A stretch of DNA of 64,000 bases. Origin: Oculina patagonica. Its lineage: Eukaryota. The notes beneath the pieces are model-generated. The model made no database searches, had not been told where the DNA came from, and saw only the letters and a list, made by a program, of their open reading frames with translations. The stretch's first letter is position 1; the number at the start of each line of letters is the position of its first letter. The position numbers and the translations under genes are program-made. The stretch is taken from positions 40,300,001-40,364,000 of the forward strand of contig NC_135759.1 in the NCBI RefSeq assembly GCF_052425735.1, in the 5' to 3' direction. Of the stretch, positions 36,938-49,325 are shown piece by piece.

Positions 36938-38940
36938 TGGCTTGCGTTCCGATTTTCACTGTAGTTTTCCACTTGTTCGGGTTGTTTTGGGGCAATTGTG
37001 TAATGTATTGTCATGTAATGTAATGTATACCGCCTAGTTATTCATGCATCAATTTTAAAGTTTGAAAACACTGTTAAGTAAATTAACCGCCGTTTTAAAT
37101 CTAACTGAATTCTACAAGAGTCAGCCTTCCGTTAAAGCAGTCATAAGAAAAGCGTTATTTTAGCACCTTCATCTGCATAGCTAATTTACTAGCTGGAACA
37201 TTCTATATTTAGTTGTAATATCTGCACATGTTGAATATAAAAGTTCTCATTTACTTTTTTGCTTCCTATTTCTGATGAAATAGCGTAAGATATTTAGCAT
37301 GTTTACTTGTTAAAAGAAATACAGCTGAAAACCAAAAAGGAATTACTAAACAAAACAAAAAAACTAAAAACAGTTCGGCTGCTGAAGTAATTTATTATTA
37401 ACGTTTAATACGATACTTCATCAGTTTTGTGAAAGTATTTTTCCCCGTTGATTTGGATCAATCTTAGGACATAACGAATAGAACGAAAAGTATAAATCGT
37501 TCCATCGGTTAACTGTCTCAACTGACAACCCCCAAAAATTTCAATAACAATCCCTTTCCCGATAAGAAAAAGTCCCTCTCTTCTAATATCTCACAAGATG
37601 TATTTGGTTTAATTGTTGAATCCACCCAAATTTGCAAATAATCAACAGAAAGCCACGTGTGGGAATATCCTTCGGACGACGGCTACACACACCGTACCGA
37701 TGTCAGAAATAGGAAAAGTTTTAATCGCTAAGTTCCCGATAGCATCGATCAATGCTTCTTTATTTAATTAAGCGGATGTGGTTGTGTCTCAGTTTCCTTC
37801 CTACGAAAAAAATCACGAAAATGAGTGGAATGCTTTCCTGTCGCCATGGAACAAGAGCAATTGCAAACAGGAAGCAACTCAGTATTTGCACAGGACCTTT
37901 CTTTAAATATCACCGATATTTACGTTATGCCTTTAATCAACGCACCCTTTATGCGAATCCTTCTCAAAAATTAGGACTAGAACTCTCAGTCTCCCTCGGT
38001 GCCCGTAGCACGTCACAAATGCCATGTTCATAATTCGCGATATCTTATATCGAAATGTTCAGCATCGCTAAGGTATATCGAAAATATTAATCTACTTAGA
38101 CTTAACGTCGATGCAAAAAAAAAAACAGTTGAAGGCAATATGCCGGTCCTAGAAGTTCTTTTATTTAACGTTCACCAAAAGTCCACTAACACAGGCAAGT
38201 CAGCCAGCGGATAGACTGTCCACAGCCTCTCGATTTTTGCTTCTTCCGTTTTGCGCAGGCGTCCAGTTCTCTCGCCGTTCTCACCGCGCGCTCATCGAAC
38301 GAAAAAAAAACACGAAAAAATAGATGGCTGTAAACAGTCTAGCCAACGGATAGCGCGGGCAACAAGTCGTGATAAGTAGAATTTTTCAGCTGTTATTTTA
38401 TTTCTCCATTGACTTTTACCCCCCTTTCACATGAAGTCAAACATAACCCTCCCTTGCAAATGGTTGAGTTTTTTCCCTCAAATCTGTACTGCGTTCCATG
38501 ATGCTGTAGTCATTGACTCTGGTGTTCTTATCTTGAGCGCCAATGCATACCGTATTTTAATATTCGATTAAACGCCGCGGCGTTTATTTAATTTTTCGTG
38601 TTTCGAGTGCGACGTTTATTTGAGGGCAGCGTTTATACAAGGACGGCGTTTATTTAAAATTCTCAAACTCATTAATAATTCATGACGTTATAAGCCAACC
38701 AGAGCGCCCCATTCGGGTCAGGTGGATGAGTTGGAAACTCAATGAAACACCAGTTGAAAATCACTAGTGTTTCATCACGTTTTCATCACTAGTGTTTCAT
38801 CACGTTTTCATCACTAGTGAAAAAATTGTTCTTAATCTGCATATTCATATATTACTCAAACACAGCTTTACATGAATCATTAATTTTTAATAAACAATGA
38901 CCAGGAAAAACATTTCAAATTACAAACTGACAAGCCTAAG

Positions 38941-39659
38941 TCATTTGAAATTAAAGTTTACAGTACATTTCTTAAAGTCGCCAAAACAGACTGGCATAGT
39001 ATCCATATCCACATTCTGAGAAACTTTTTCTACCTTCCGTGACACGGACTCACTGCTGGAATCGACACTAATTGTCGCACTTACTGTAAGCGGCTGAACT
39101 TTGTGCAATTCATACTCTTTAAAAACTCCACCAACCTCGAGTATTGGAACATTGACACTTCGCACTCGTTGCCAATCCTCCAAAATCCCTATTGCCCACT
39201 TATTTTTATATCTGGTAGACTTCGGTACTGCTCTCTCTACGCAAAGTTCTTCTTCCTCGATTGTTTTCGGGGAGCGAAACCTTCCTTCGGCCATGGCAAA
39301 AACAATATGTAAATCCCTTCAAGTTCACAACGCTTTTAGAATACAAATTTGGTGCAACGCGAAACTATTGGATAATTAAAAACAAAAGCTCACAAATACA
39401 ATGAATGCCGACTGAATACAACAAATCACACATACAAGGCATTTTAAAGAAAAATGGGAAAAAATACGACACTGCATAATTTTGTATTGTTTCTTTAGAG
39501 AAGTCATTTCAAAAACTCGTGCATCGTGTTTCATCACGATTTCCAAACACTCGAAAACAGATGAAAGCACTCGGCCGAAGCGGCCTCGTGCTTTCATCTG
39601 TTTTCTCGTGTTTGGAAATCGTGATGAAACACTCGCACTCGTTTTTGAAATAGTACTTC
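38941..39659 (-). mobile_element. Crypton-like remnant: N-terminal ORF fragment plus a long terminal hairpin
   Basis: ORF 38941-39294 (MAEGRF...AVPKSTRYKNKWAIGILEDWQRVR) resembles, from memory, the N-terminus of Crypton/DUF3504 tyrosine-recombinase proteins and looks internally deleted. A 160-bp palindrome lies at 39500-39659. Confidence 0.5.
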
Positions 39660-39696
39660 AATTTTTTTCCTGCAAACAATAGTATGGTAAAAATAA

Positions 39697-41404
39697 TGTC
39701 AGACAACTCGCCCCCCGGACAACTAGCCCCAGACAACTCGCCCCCAATCTGGACGACTAGCCCCCACTTTCTGGACGACTAGCCCCCATTAATACTTAAG
39801 ATAAAATTTACTTATGCTTACCGTATTCTGACTTGCTTTTGATGTCCCAAAAATTCTACGATAGCAGGGCACGAGCACGAAATATGTAGCGATTATAAAG
39901 TTGCTTCGTGTTGGCGACAAATTTATTATGTTTAGTTGGAACTTTGCGTTTAGTTTTGCCTAAACCTATGAAGAGATAAGAATTTTAACTGCTATTTGTA
40001 TGTGTTGCTAAGGAAATTCGAATTGCGGTGACAAAAGACTGCCCAATTTACCTCTTACATAAACTTCGCATCGACATTCGCAATCTTACGCCATTTTGCG
40101 GTTTCTTTATAAAGAAGTATCGCAGGCGCATACAAGCCGCGACGGGAAATTTAGCAGGTGTTATAAAATTTTCCATGGGAAAAGACAATTCTGCGAGGAA
40201 TAAACAGGGATATATGAAAACTACTTTATAAAACAGGGAGAAAATTGTTGGATACTCGCGCTTAGGGAAAGTAATCATTGGTCATTGACTTTTGTATTGT
40301 TGGTGGCTCCTAAAGGAGCCGTTTTTGTTGGCTGCAGTAGAGCCTTTAATTGTGTTTTATTATTAATTTTCTCTATTTATTGGCTTGACAAGGTGAGCAC
40401 AGGCCTCTAGTAATTCTCTTGCGTTCTTCTCGTCGTCGTCGTACTCCTTCCATAGCGCGAACAGCCGTTTCTGCAGTTTCTTGTACGTCGTACGCTGGTG
40501 TCTCTTGAGCAGCTTGTCAGACACCAGTCGGATCTGGAGGTTGACCAGCAAAGCCTCCTCATGAAGAAGCTTGATCAGTGTGTAGAGGGGCAGCTGGGCT
40601 TTGCCTTTCGCTCGTCGGTTTAGTCCGTTGTGCCACCCCTCAAGGTCGTTGTTGGTCCTGACCGCCTGTTTGAATACGCTCCAGTAGGTTGGTGGGAAGA
40701 ACTCGCTGCTGACCCAGTTTTCGTCCACGTACTTCACCATTTTTTTGACAGCACGGACGCTGGCTTCTCGTTTCAGGCGTTGGAATCTCCTGGGGATCTT
40801 ATCAGCGGGCAGGTAGGGCAACGCCATCAGCTTTCGTAGAAACTCGTTAGTCCCACGGTCGTTTTTGTAGGCTTCTTGTAGACCAAGCTCTTGAACCTGG
40901 AAAGAACAATTGAAATTTTGTGTTAAAGGAGCTACGTCACGATCATGAAAGCGATCAAGTCTGTGAAAGCAAGATTGTTTCGTTCTTGAGAGATTTGAAT
41001 AAAGCTCTTCATGATTTTAAGTCCATCATGAAAGCGATAAAGTTTGTGAAGCAAGATTGTTTCGTTCTTCTGCGTCATTTTAAGTCGATCGTGAAAGCGA
41101 TAAAGTTTGTGAAAGCAGCTTTCAGGCTCGCGATAGCCTGGGTTCCAGTGTTTCGTATTCAATATGGCGACCATATTTACGATCGAAGCAAAATGCATTT
41201 CAGTTTGTCGAAGAAGAGTATAAGCAACTAGAGTAGAGTACAAGAAGAGGTGTTACAAGTTTCATCTTTTAAACACAGAATAAGGTAGGGGGCTAGTCGT
41301 CCAGAAAGTGGGGGCTAGTCGTCCAGAAAGTGGGGGCTAGTCGTCCAGATTGGGGGCTAGTTGTCTGGGGCTAGTTGTCCGGGGGGCGAGTTGCCCGGAT
41401 ACCG
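39697..41404 (-). mobile_element. Internally deleted Mutator-like (MULE) transposon
   Basis: TIRs are built of ~22-bp GACxACTAGCCCCC repeats (39697-39787 and 41287-41404). A transposase last exon at 40896-40363 follows a ctttccAG acceptor and contains LMALPYLP and RTNNDLEGWHN, typical of the MULE DDE C-terminus. Confidence 0.82.
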
Positions 41405-41412
41405 TTTAGAAT

Positions 41413-41457
41413 GCCATGCTGTTGAGTCCTTACAAGGACGAAACAGCTGTCCATGGC
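41413..41457 (+). ncRNA. Minimal type I hammerhead ribozyme with an A6U core variant (probably inactive)
   Basis: gccaug-CUGUUGA-guccu uaca aggac-GAAAC agcu GUC-cauggc. Stems I and II pair perfectly; the core has one substitution relative to CUGANGA. Confidence 0.75.
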
Positions 41458-41694
41458 TGCCACTCCACGGGTAATAGGCTGTGCGCATGCGTACAGGTCT
41501 TGGCCAGGCCGTGAAGATGTGTCGTGTGACCATTGCATTCAGTGGTTTATAATAGTATGGTTGTGGTACATTAGAATATTAAAAAACAGGAACATGTTAA
41601 GTGCTTGTCTGAAACGTCGTTTTCAATATCTTAAACATTGTTGCAATCAAGGAAAATAACCTTTTTAGGCCAGCTCAAACTCGATTATTACTGC

Positions 41695-41884
41695 ATTCGC
41701 TGTTTTCACCGTTCCCATAATACATCTTTTTTACCCCCCAAAATTTTTGCATAAGCATTGTTTTCAATTTCTCTTGAGATTTACAATGACGTACAATCGT
41801 CCCAAGAGAAATTGAAAACAATGCTTATGCAAAAATTTTGGGGGGTAAACAAGATGTATTATGGGATCGTGAAAAAAAGCGAAT
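41695..41884. mobile_element. Palindromic MITE
   Basis: The arms cccataataca...aaaatttttgcataagcattgttttcaatttctcttg and caagagaaattgaaaacaatgcttatgcaaaatttt...tgtattatggg are reverse complements. Confidence 0.7.
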
Positions 41885-42606
41885 TTGCTTTTTGTGTCTT
41901 TTATTCGAATAAACGCGGCATCGTGATGCGGTGTTTATTCGAGGGAGGCGTTTAATCGAATGAATACGGTATTTCCCGCGCAGCCTATTTAGTTATAGCA
42001 GCCGCTGGCTTCAGTTATCAGGCAGTTTCCCGATACTCTGATGATTGAGCTTCAGCTGGCTGGAGAAGAAAAATAATGTTGTCCTAAAACTGGTCTTCCT
42101 ACCGACTCCCAACCCCGTCCACATGGCGCTTTCCCCGGCTTCAAAGGGAAAAGTGCCCTGGGGACGAGGTTGGAAGTCTCCATCTTGTTCCTTACCCTCC
42201 CCTCCCGCCGGTTTTTGCATCCTTCACAACATGATTACCCCTACAGAGGGGGGATAAGTTACCGGGATCTGATGAGCCCGGCGTGAATATTTAAAATATC
42301 ACTGGCGTCCTGGATAGATTTTACTTTTCTTTTTCAATTAGTTTTTTGAAAGATTGATTTTTCTCTTGTGTCATCATCCTTTCATCATCAGAAGCAGCGA
42401 GCGCAGTAAATTAAATGCTAGCAAATTAAACAGATGTTCAAGAAAACTCACCAATGCTACTGTTTGAAGAAAATCGATCGTATGCAAAATAAGCCGTTTT
42501 ATTTGACCATATGTTTTTTGTAAAACAATATTGAAAAGGAATCGGTTAATTGTTCCGTTTTGCTGTCAAAAGTGATCCGTTCGGCTTGTCATAATTTTGT
42601 TGAACA

Positions 42607-45600
42607 ATGTTACCAGAAGTTGTTTATGCCTCCACGGCTTCTCCGTCAGCCATGCCATCCGCGACTTGTGGCGAATTCCTTCTCGTGGAATTCTTGATAT
42701 TTTTCGCCATATTCCTGGCTGGGTTTGCAAGCAATGCTTTGTTCATTTTAGTGAGCTGCAAAGAGCTGGTAAATAACAAAGGCTGCAAAGTTAAGATCTA
42801 CAATAATTATCTGGTGCACTACTCTATCGCAAATGTTATTTTGTTGATCAGTATGCCGCTCGATATCATCAGCTTTGCTTCAGGTGGATCGTGGTATTTC
42901 GGGGAGCATTTCTGCAGGTAAAACGAAAATTTATATTTTCAATTTTCGTCGGCTGCAATATGACTGCGGACGCCTGTTTTGACACAAAATGAGCTTTTTA
43001 ATAATTTAGAGCGTTTGTTTGAGCGCTTTAATATTATAAATAAATGCTATCTGAAGAAGGCAATATTTTATTTAGTAAAGCTGTCCGCAAAATTTTGGAA
43101 ATTCTCCATTATTTAGCTTTCTTTAAGTTGTTCTCAAGTTTTCTTTATTCAAGATGTACGATTTGAATTAACATTTGGACATTTGGATTCAAATTAACAT
43201 TTGAATCGCTTAGCGGAAAAACTGTCTTTAAACTGTTATGTTAAAAATTCGAGGCGCCTGCGAATATTTTGGTTACTCTTTGCCTTGCGCTTTCATTCAT
43301 AGATGTATTCAAAGAAAACCTTTTCCTTTCAAGTAGTAGAAGTAAGGTCTGTGGCATTACTACAAGTTTGTAAATTAAAGAGAGAGTTTTGATCATATTA
43401 CTCACGAGTTAAGAATATACTAAATAATACACTACTTGTTGGAAGATCTCAAAAATTTGCATAACAGATCACTTTTCAGTGAGAGGCTAAAATATCAGGC
43501 TAAGATTTTCCGTCGATTAACATCCGATGGTTTGTGCCTTTTAAAAAGAGACATCTCGTATGAGCGCAGTTAAATTGCTTTTTGGATGCAATTTACTCGG
43601 ACATATAAATTTGGCACTCCCTGAATTTATGTATTCAGACAAAGACTCCACATGCTGCTTTTATGAATATGTTTTGTTAACTAGTAATACACGAAAAAAT
43701 ACAGAATTCTGATTGGCTAAGAAAAATGCAATTTTTAGGAAGCACAGTGCAGAATTCAGTTCAAATTACAAACGAAGATTTCTGAGGTTAGTACAACAAG
43801 ACTCTGTGACATACCAACCATCATCCGAAGAATAGCGAAGTGACTGCTTCCAGTGCTTAACTAACCTGATCCAAACGCTCGAGGGAGTTTATAATAATTT
43901 GAAATTCTCTTAAATTCCCTCTCGTGTCTTCATCAAGCTATGTAATATTAAGTAGACACGACTTGCCAAACCCCTTAAATTTATCTGCGCAGGTTGCACT
44001 TTTTTGTTGAGAGAGCCCTATACGTTGCCATAGCAACCCACGTCCTGAACATGGTACGGGATACTTTCGCACCATTCGGCTTCCCTGCCATGCCGTTCAG
44101 CTGCACAAGCACTTGGATTATATCACTGGTGTTCATGTGCCCGCTGTTACTTACCACCACCATCGTAAAGACGCCGGAGGGGTGCATACGCTGTGAAGTA
44201 ATGAAGAACAGTTTGGGAAGGATGTGGATGTTTCAGTGGAGCGAACAGCTGTACGTGGCCATTTTGCCTCTGATCGCGATTTGGTTTTACAGCAACAAGT
44301 ACGGCGAGCATCCAGACTATGAAGCCATTGACAAAGCTGGTAAGAACAAGGCCTTTATCTTAACCTTAAAACAAACTTGCAGTCATCATCTCTAGAAATC
44401 GCGGACCTCCGAGTCCGGAATTATGTCCTGGACCGAGAAGGAACGCAAGAACAAAGAAAATGATGGAGAATGAAATGAATTTTCTTGACAATTAACAAAT
44501 GTAAAAATGTGAAAGGGAACACAATAGATTGATGTATAGAACCATGTAAGAATGAAGTGAGACTCGAATTTCATTTTATTCATGAACGTTTTCTGCGAAC
44601 AGTTTTGAGACCAAAATTATAAGGCGTAGAGGAGAAATGTATGGGAAACGAACTTAAAGTTTATAAACGGGAATCGGCAAGAAGTGATGAAAAAATGTGA
44701 AAGGGATAAAACTATACTGAATCTAACTCACCAAATGACTATCCTTCCGATAGATATCTTGCCGAGAAAACCATGACTGTAAACACACGGCGGAGTCCTG
44801 AAATCCCATCCGCTGGAGCCGATTCGCCGTGCTCCAATGCCGCAGCCATCGTAGACTGCCCTATCAGGAAATGACCAGTGGCCACCACAAATGTGGGCTG
44901 AGTACCCGATGAAGAGCCAGTCAGGCCGAACAGCGAACCAGGCGGCGGAATGGATGCATCAAAATCGCCTACTTCAATGTCCGCGATTCTAGCGATGGTT
45001 TAGAGGGTCCTGAAGGGGAATATAAAATCCCGTTTCTCAGTTGTCCCGATTTTCCAAATCCCAGCCTAGTTCTTTTGCTTATTTGTTTGTGATTCCCAGT
45101 CCCAGTGACCCAAAAATGACCCAGTCATTCCCTTTTTTCGTTACGTAGGAAAGTTATCGATTGTGAACTTGTTCATTTTAAAAAAGTAATACGAAAATGT
45201 CAACTAACTGTAAAGATAACAGACTGCCAGTCAAAAATGATCACAAATTACTATTCACGCCAGTCGCTGGATCCACAAGATTTTACTTTAAGTAAACGCC
45301 CTTTAATGAAAGATATATTTTTTCTCTCAAGGCCCGGATGACGTTGGTGGTAAATTCAAGATGAATCTGCGCTCGATATGCATTGCTCTCGCATTCACCA
45401 TCTTTATCTGTACCAGTCCAGCTCGTCTTACTGAGATCGCCGGCGGAGATTTCAAAATGTGGCCTGGGCACCAGATTATCTTTTCCTTCATCCCTCGTCT
45501 GCTGATCTACGGGCAGACCATAATATTCACTGCAGTGTGTGCCTACTACTATCCGGGCTTTTACCAAGGAGCCAAGATTGCCGCCGGAAGGCTGTGGAGC

Positions 45601-45666
45601 TGCCGCAAGATACCGGAAAAAATCATCGCTGGACAAGAAGATGAGAATAAAGAACTTCTGTCGTGA
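42607..45666 (+). CDS. Atypical rhodopsin-like (class A) GPCR, copy 1, 330 aa
   Basis: Exons 42607-42917, 43993-44339 and 45332-45666 are joined by GT-AG introns (phase 2, phase 1) in frame. Seven hydrophobic segments are visible, with N1.50 (ASN), ECL1 WYFGEHFC, W4.50, ECL2 Cys, P5.50 and P6.50. Confidence 0.88.
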
Positions 45667-46545
45667 CTGAACACGATTTGTATTGGGACGTTCCTTTAGA
45701 TCTTTTTCTTTCTCATTAGAGAATATAACTTAGTAATGCTTTAATTGTCACTCGCATATTGATTTAAATACCTGGAGGCAATGGTTCGATTTAGCGACCA
45801 GGCACTTATTTACTTTTGGTAGCACAAGAGAGGGTTCTTCTTTTTGACATTAACATCGCAATGTGATAAAGCATTTCAATAAACAACGACAGATACTGTA
45901 ACTTAAGAACTGTAACAATGGGAATTCGCAACGTCACTCGCTTGTTCAATATCAAAATTATGATCAGCTAAGAAAGAAGGACTACATAATTTACGCGCCG
46001 TGTCTGATCAGTTTTAAAATTTTATGTCAATGTCAACGTCTTGAATTGCTTTTTCGCAATGGGATCGCTTATTGGAATAGGGTCGGCGCTCATTTGATTT
46101 CAAACATTTTATGATGAAGAATTTCAGGCCAAGATATCATCCTAGTTATTCTTTTGATGAAGAATCATTAAATAATGTGGTTATTTTAAAAAGCTTTTTT
46201 TACTTTTCCAAAACGGACTGTCCACTTTAGTAGGTTTAGGGGTTGGTTTGGGAGGGAGGGGGATTGTGGAGATTCAAATAAATCGAGCATCTCCGAATCT
46301 CACACAGTAAGGCAATTAAAAAGTAGTTCTTGTGTAAAGTTACTTTCCAGCAATATTAATGAAGTGAAATTTTATACATGTTAAAATTAACATTAGCATG
46401 TATCCGACATGTATGTACAAGTAGTATTTATTATCAGTAAATCACCATGAAATATTATACCATAACCGAGAGAATTCTCGCGCGCTGATTGGTCCAAAGT
46501 TATCAAAGTTATCAAAAAGTTATCGGTTATGGCCGATAAGAGTTT

Positions 46546-49325
46546 ATAGTTAGTTATTCCTTTAGGCTCCTGGTGGAGCAAAGGGCGTCAACAATGCTTC
46601 GCCACCGAACTCTATTTGCTGCCGCCTTCTCTGCTGCGTTCCAGCTGATGTTAGCTTTCTTTAACTCCTCCTCAGTTGATCTTCTCCAGGTCTTAGCAGG
46701 TCTTCCCACCTTTCTTTTCCCCTGCGGATTCCACTTTAAGGCCTGCTTGGTGGTGTCAGTGCCTGGTTTTCTTAGTGTGTGGCCGATCCAAGCCCATTTC
46801 CTTCTTGCTATCTCAGTTGGTATGTGCTCTTGTCCTGTCCTGCTCCAAAGTTCTTTGTTACTGATCTTTTCTGGCCAGTGAATCTTGAGGATCTTTCTGA
46901 GGCACTTGTTGACAAAGCTTTGTAGCTTATTTGATAGAGCTTGTGTCACTTTCCAGGTCTCTGAGCCATAGAGAAGCGTAGCTTTTACATTAGTGGTGAA
47001 GATGCGCAACTTGGTTTTGGTGGAAATCGAGGAGGCATTCCAGACTGGTCTAAGCATGTTGAACGCCAGTCTCGCTTTACCAATTCTGCACTTCATATCC
47101 TCCTCAGTTCCTCCAGTGACTGTGATGATACTGCCTAGATAAGTGAAACTTTCGACATCTTCCAGATCCTCGCCATTCAACTTAATTTTGCCCCGCTGCT
47201 TGCTTTTGGTTCGCATCACTTTGGTTTTCTCTTTGCTCACCTTGAGGCCGGTTGTCTCTGCAATCTGTGCCAGGTTGTTGGTTTTGGCTTGCATATGTTG
47301 TAGTTTTTGGGAAAGAAGGCATATGTCGTCTGCATAATCCAAATCATGGAGTTGAGTTGTTAGTGTCCATTGGATTCCTGTCTTACCCTGATCTTCCACC
47401 TCTTTCATAATCCAATCGACCACCATGATGAAGATCATCGGAGACAACAAACAGCCTTGACGAACTCCTGTGCTCATTTCGAAAGATTCTGTCAGCTTCC
47501 CGTTGTGAATGACTTGACCAGATGACGACTCGTATAGGTCCTGTATCAGCTTGATGAACTTTGATGGAATTCCATAGTGATGCATGAGTTGCCAGATGAT
47601 GTTCCTATCAACACTGTCAAAAGCCTTTTCGAAGTCGATGAAATTCATGTATAATGGAGTCTGCCATTCGTTGGATTGTTCGATGATTATCCTTAGAGTG
47701 GCAATGTGGTCAGTGCAGGATTTATCTTTCCTAAACCCTGCCTGATTACATCGCAGTTGTTTGTCCAGGGCGTCCTTAAGCCTTTCAAGGATAATGCGGC
47801 AGAATACCTTGCTTGGGATGGAGAGAAGCATAATTCCACGCCAGTTGTTGCAGAGTCCAAGATCTCCCTTTTTGGGCAGCTTCACCAGATAACCATGCTT
47901 CCATTCTGTTGGAACTTTCTCTACTTCCCAGATCTTAAGGAAAAGTGGATGTAGCATTTCTGCTGTGTTGTTAGGATCGATTTTGAGTGCTTCAGGCGGA
48001 ATCCCGTCTGGTCCTGCTGCCTTCCCATTCTTCAGTTTTTTTACAGCTCTAGCAATCTCTGCTTTGGATGGTGGATGGATGCTGACAGTTAGAAGGGGTC
48101 AATTTGTTTCAATAAAGCCTGGCGTAACAAGGGGAGGTGGTCTATTTAAGATGTCATGGAAATGTTCTGCCCATGCATCTCGCCCTTTGCTCTGGCTCTG
48201 TGGAGATGGTCCTGCCTTCCTTGTTCTTAACTGGCCTTGTCTGTTTACTTTTCTTTCCTGACATCGTTCTAGTTATTTCGTATAACCTCTTCATGTTACG
48301 CTGCCCTGCTGCAGTCTCAGCTTCAGTTGCAAGAGCATTGAAGAATTCTTTCTTGTCCTTTCTAGCACTCTTCCTTACCTCCTTGTTTAATTTCCAGTAC
48401 CGTGATGTTAAGTCCCTTTGTCTGTCCTGCTCGTTGCATCCATTGATATCTTCCTTAACACCTTTCCTCTGCAGGATCAGAGACCAAGTTTCGTTGGACA
48501 GCCATTCCTTTCGGTTACTGGCCCTTCTACCTAGGACTTCATCGCATGACTCTTGCCACGTCTTTTTCAATCCTGCCCAGTGATTGTTGAGATCGTCATC
48601 CACAAATTCAAGGGCGGAGAACTTGTTCTTTACTGTGCAATTGAACATCTTCGCTGTTTCACTGCAACTGAGATTGGGGATGTTGTATTTGCAGTGAGGT
48701 CTAGCTGAAGGGTCGCGGTATGCCCTAAGTTTCACCTTAAAGGTCCCCAGTAGAAGATGGTGGTCTGAGGCAATGTCTGCCCCTCTCTTTACTCTCACGT
48801 CCAACAAACTCGATCTCCATTTCCTGGCAATTGTAATATGGTCTATCTGATTTGCCGTTCGTCCATCAGGAGATATCCAGGTGGCTTTATGAGTGGCTCT
48901 GTGGGGAAAAATGCTTCCACCAATGACTAGGTCATTGAAAGCACAAAAATCGGTAAACCGTTCTCCATATTTTCGCTCATGCAGCCAAACCCATGGCAAC
49001 CCATGACCCTCTCCTTGCCGGTGTTGTCAGGACCTATCTTGGCGTTGAAGTCACCCAAAATAATTTTGATGTCTCGTCTTGGTATGTAAAATAAAACACC
49101 TTGGAGACTACTATAAAATTCTTCTTTCTGGTCATCTGCTGCGGTGTTAGTTGGGGCATAACAGTTTATGATGGTGACCTTTCTGCCCTTGGAGTTAAAT
49201 CTTGCTGTGATAATCCTTGGTGACACTGGATTCCATTCAGTCAAGGCCTTTGCTGCTGACTCGCTTAACATAAACGCCACTCCTTCCGTGTGTGCATGTT
49301 GTTCGTCTTCATGCCCAGAGTACCA
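46546..49325 (-). mobile_element. RTE-clade LINE, degenerate (APE endonuclease + reverse transcriptase)
   Basis: Endonuclease motifs IINCYAPTN, ILGDFNAKIG, NQIDHI and SDHHLL; RT motifs FIDFEKAFDSV, GVRQGCLLSP and YADD in ORF 46554-47957; C-terminus WAWIGHTLR...GRPAKTW. Frameshifts near 48175 and 48985, a stop near 48098, and a short (TAAC)n tail. Confidence 0.93.

Larger units (their letters stand above)
38550..41969. mobile_element. TA-flanked CCGTA...TACGG element hosting nested insertions
   Basis: Ends ta-ccgtatttt..attcgattaaacgcc / ggcgtttaatcgaatgaatacgg-ta. It is absent from the paralogous block, where the empty site lies near 59058-59068. Confidence 0.72.
34220..45835 (+). repeat. 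Segmental duplication unit 2 (Ly6 C + GPCR); paralogue at ~54267-62670
   Basis: Collinear homology from gtgataggatcttattacag through the Ly6-C gene, the intergenic DNA and the GPCR to its 3' flank. Confidence 0.85.

Noticed and set aside
42261-42290. ctgatgag motif upstream of GPCR1
   Set aside because: No GAAA or stem III follows, and it is not conserved in the paralogous block.
44895-44945. Possible third hammerhead (ccgatgaagagccagtcaggccgaacagcg)
   Set aside because: The core is mutated at several positions and no stem I pairing is found; at best a decayed remnant.
45283-45636. Conserved antisense ORFs over GPCR exons (also 43981-44187, 61160-61366, 62100-62453)
   Set aside because: Their conservation simply mirrors the near-identical sense exons.
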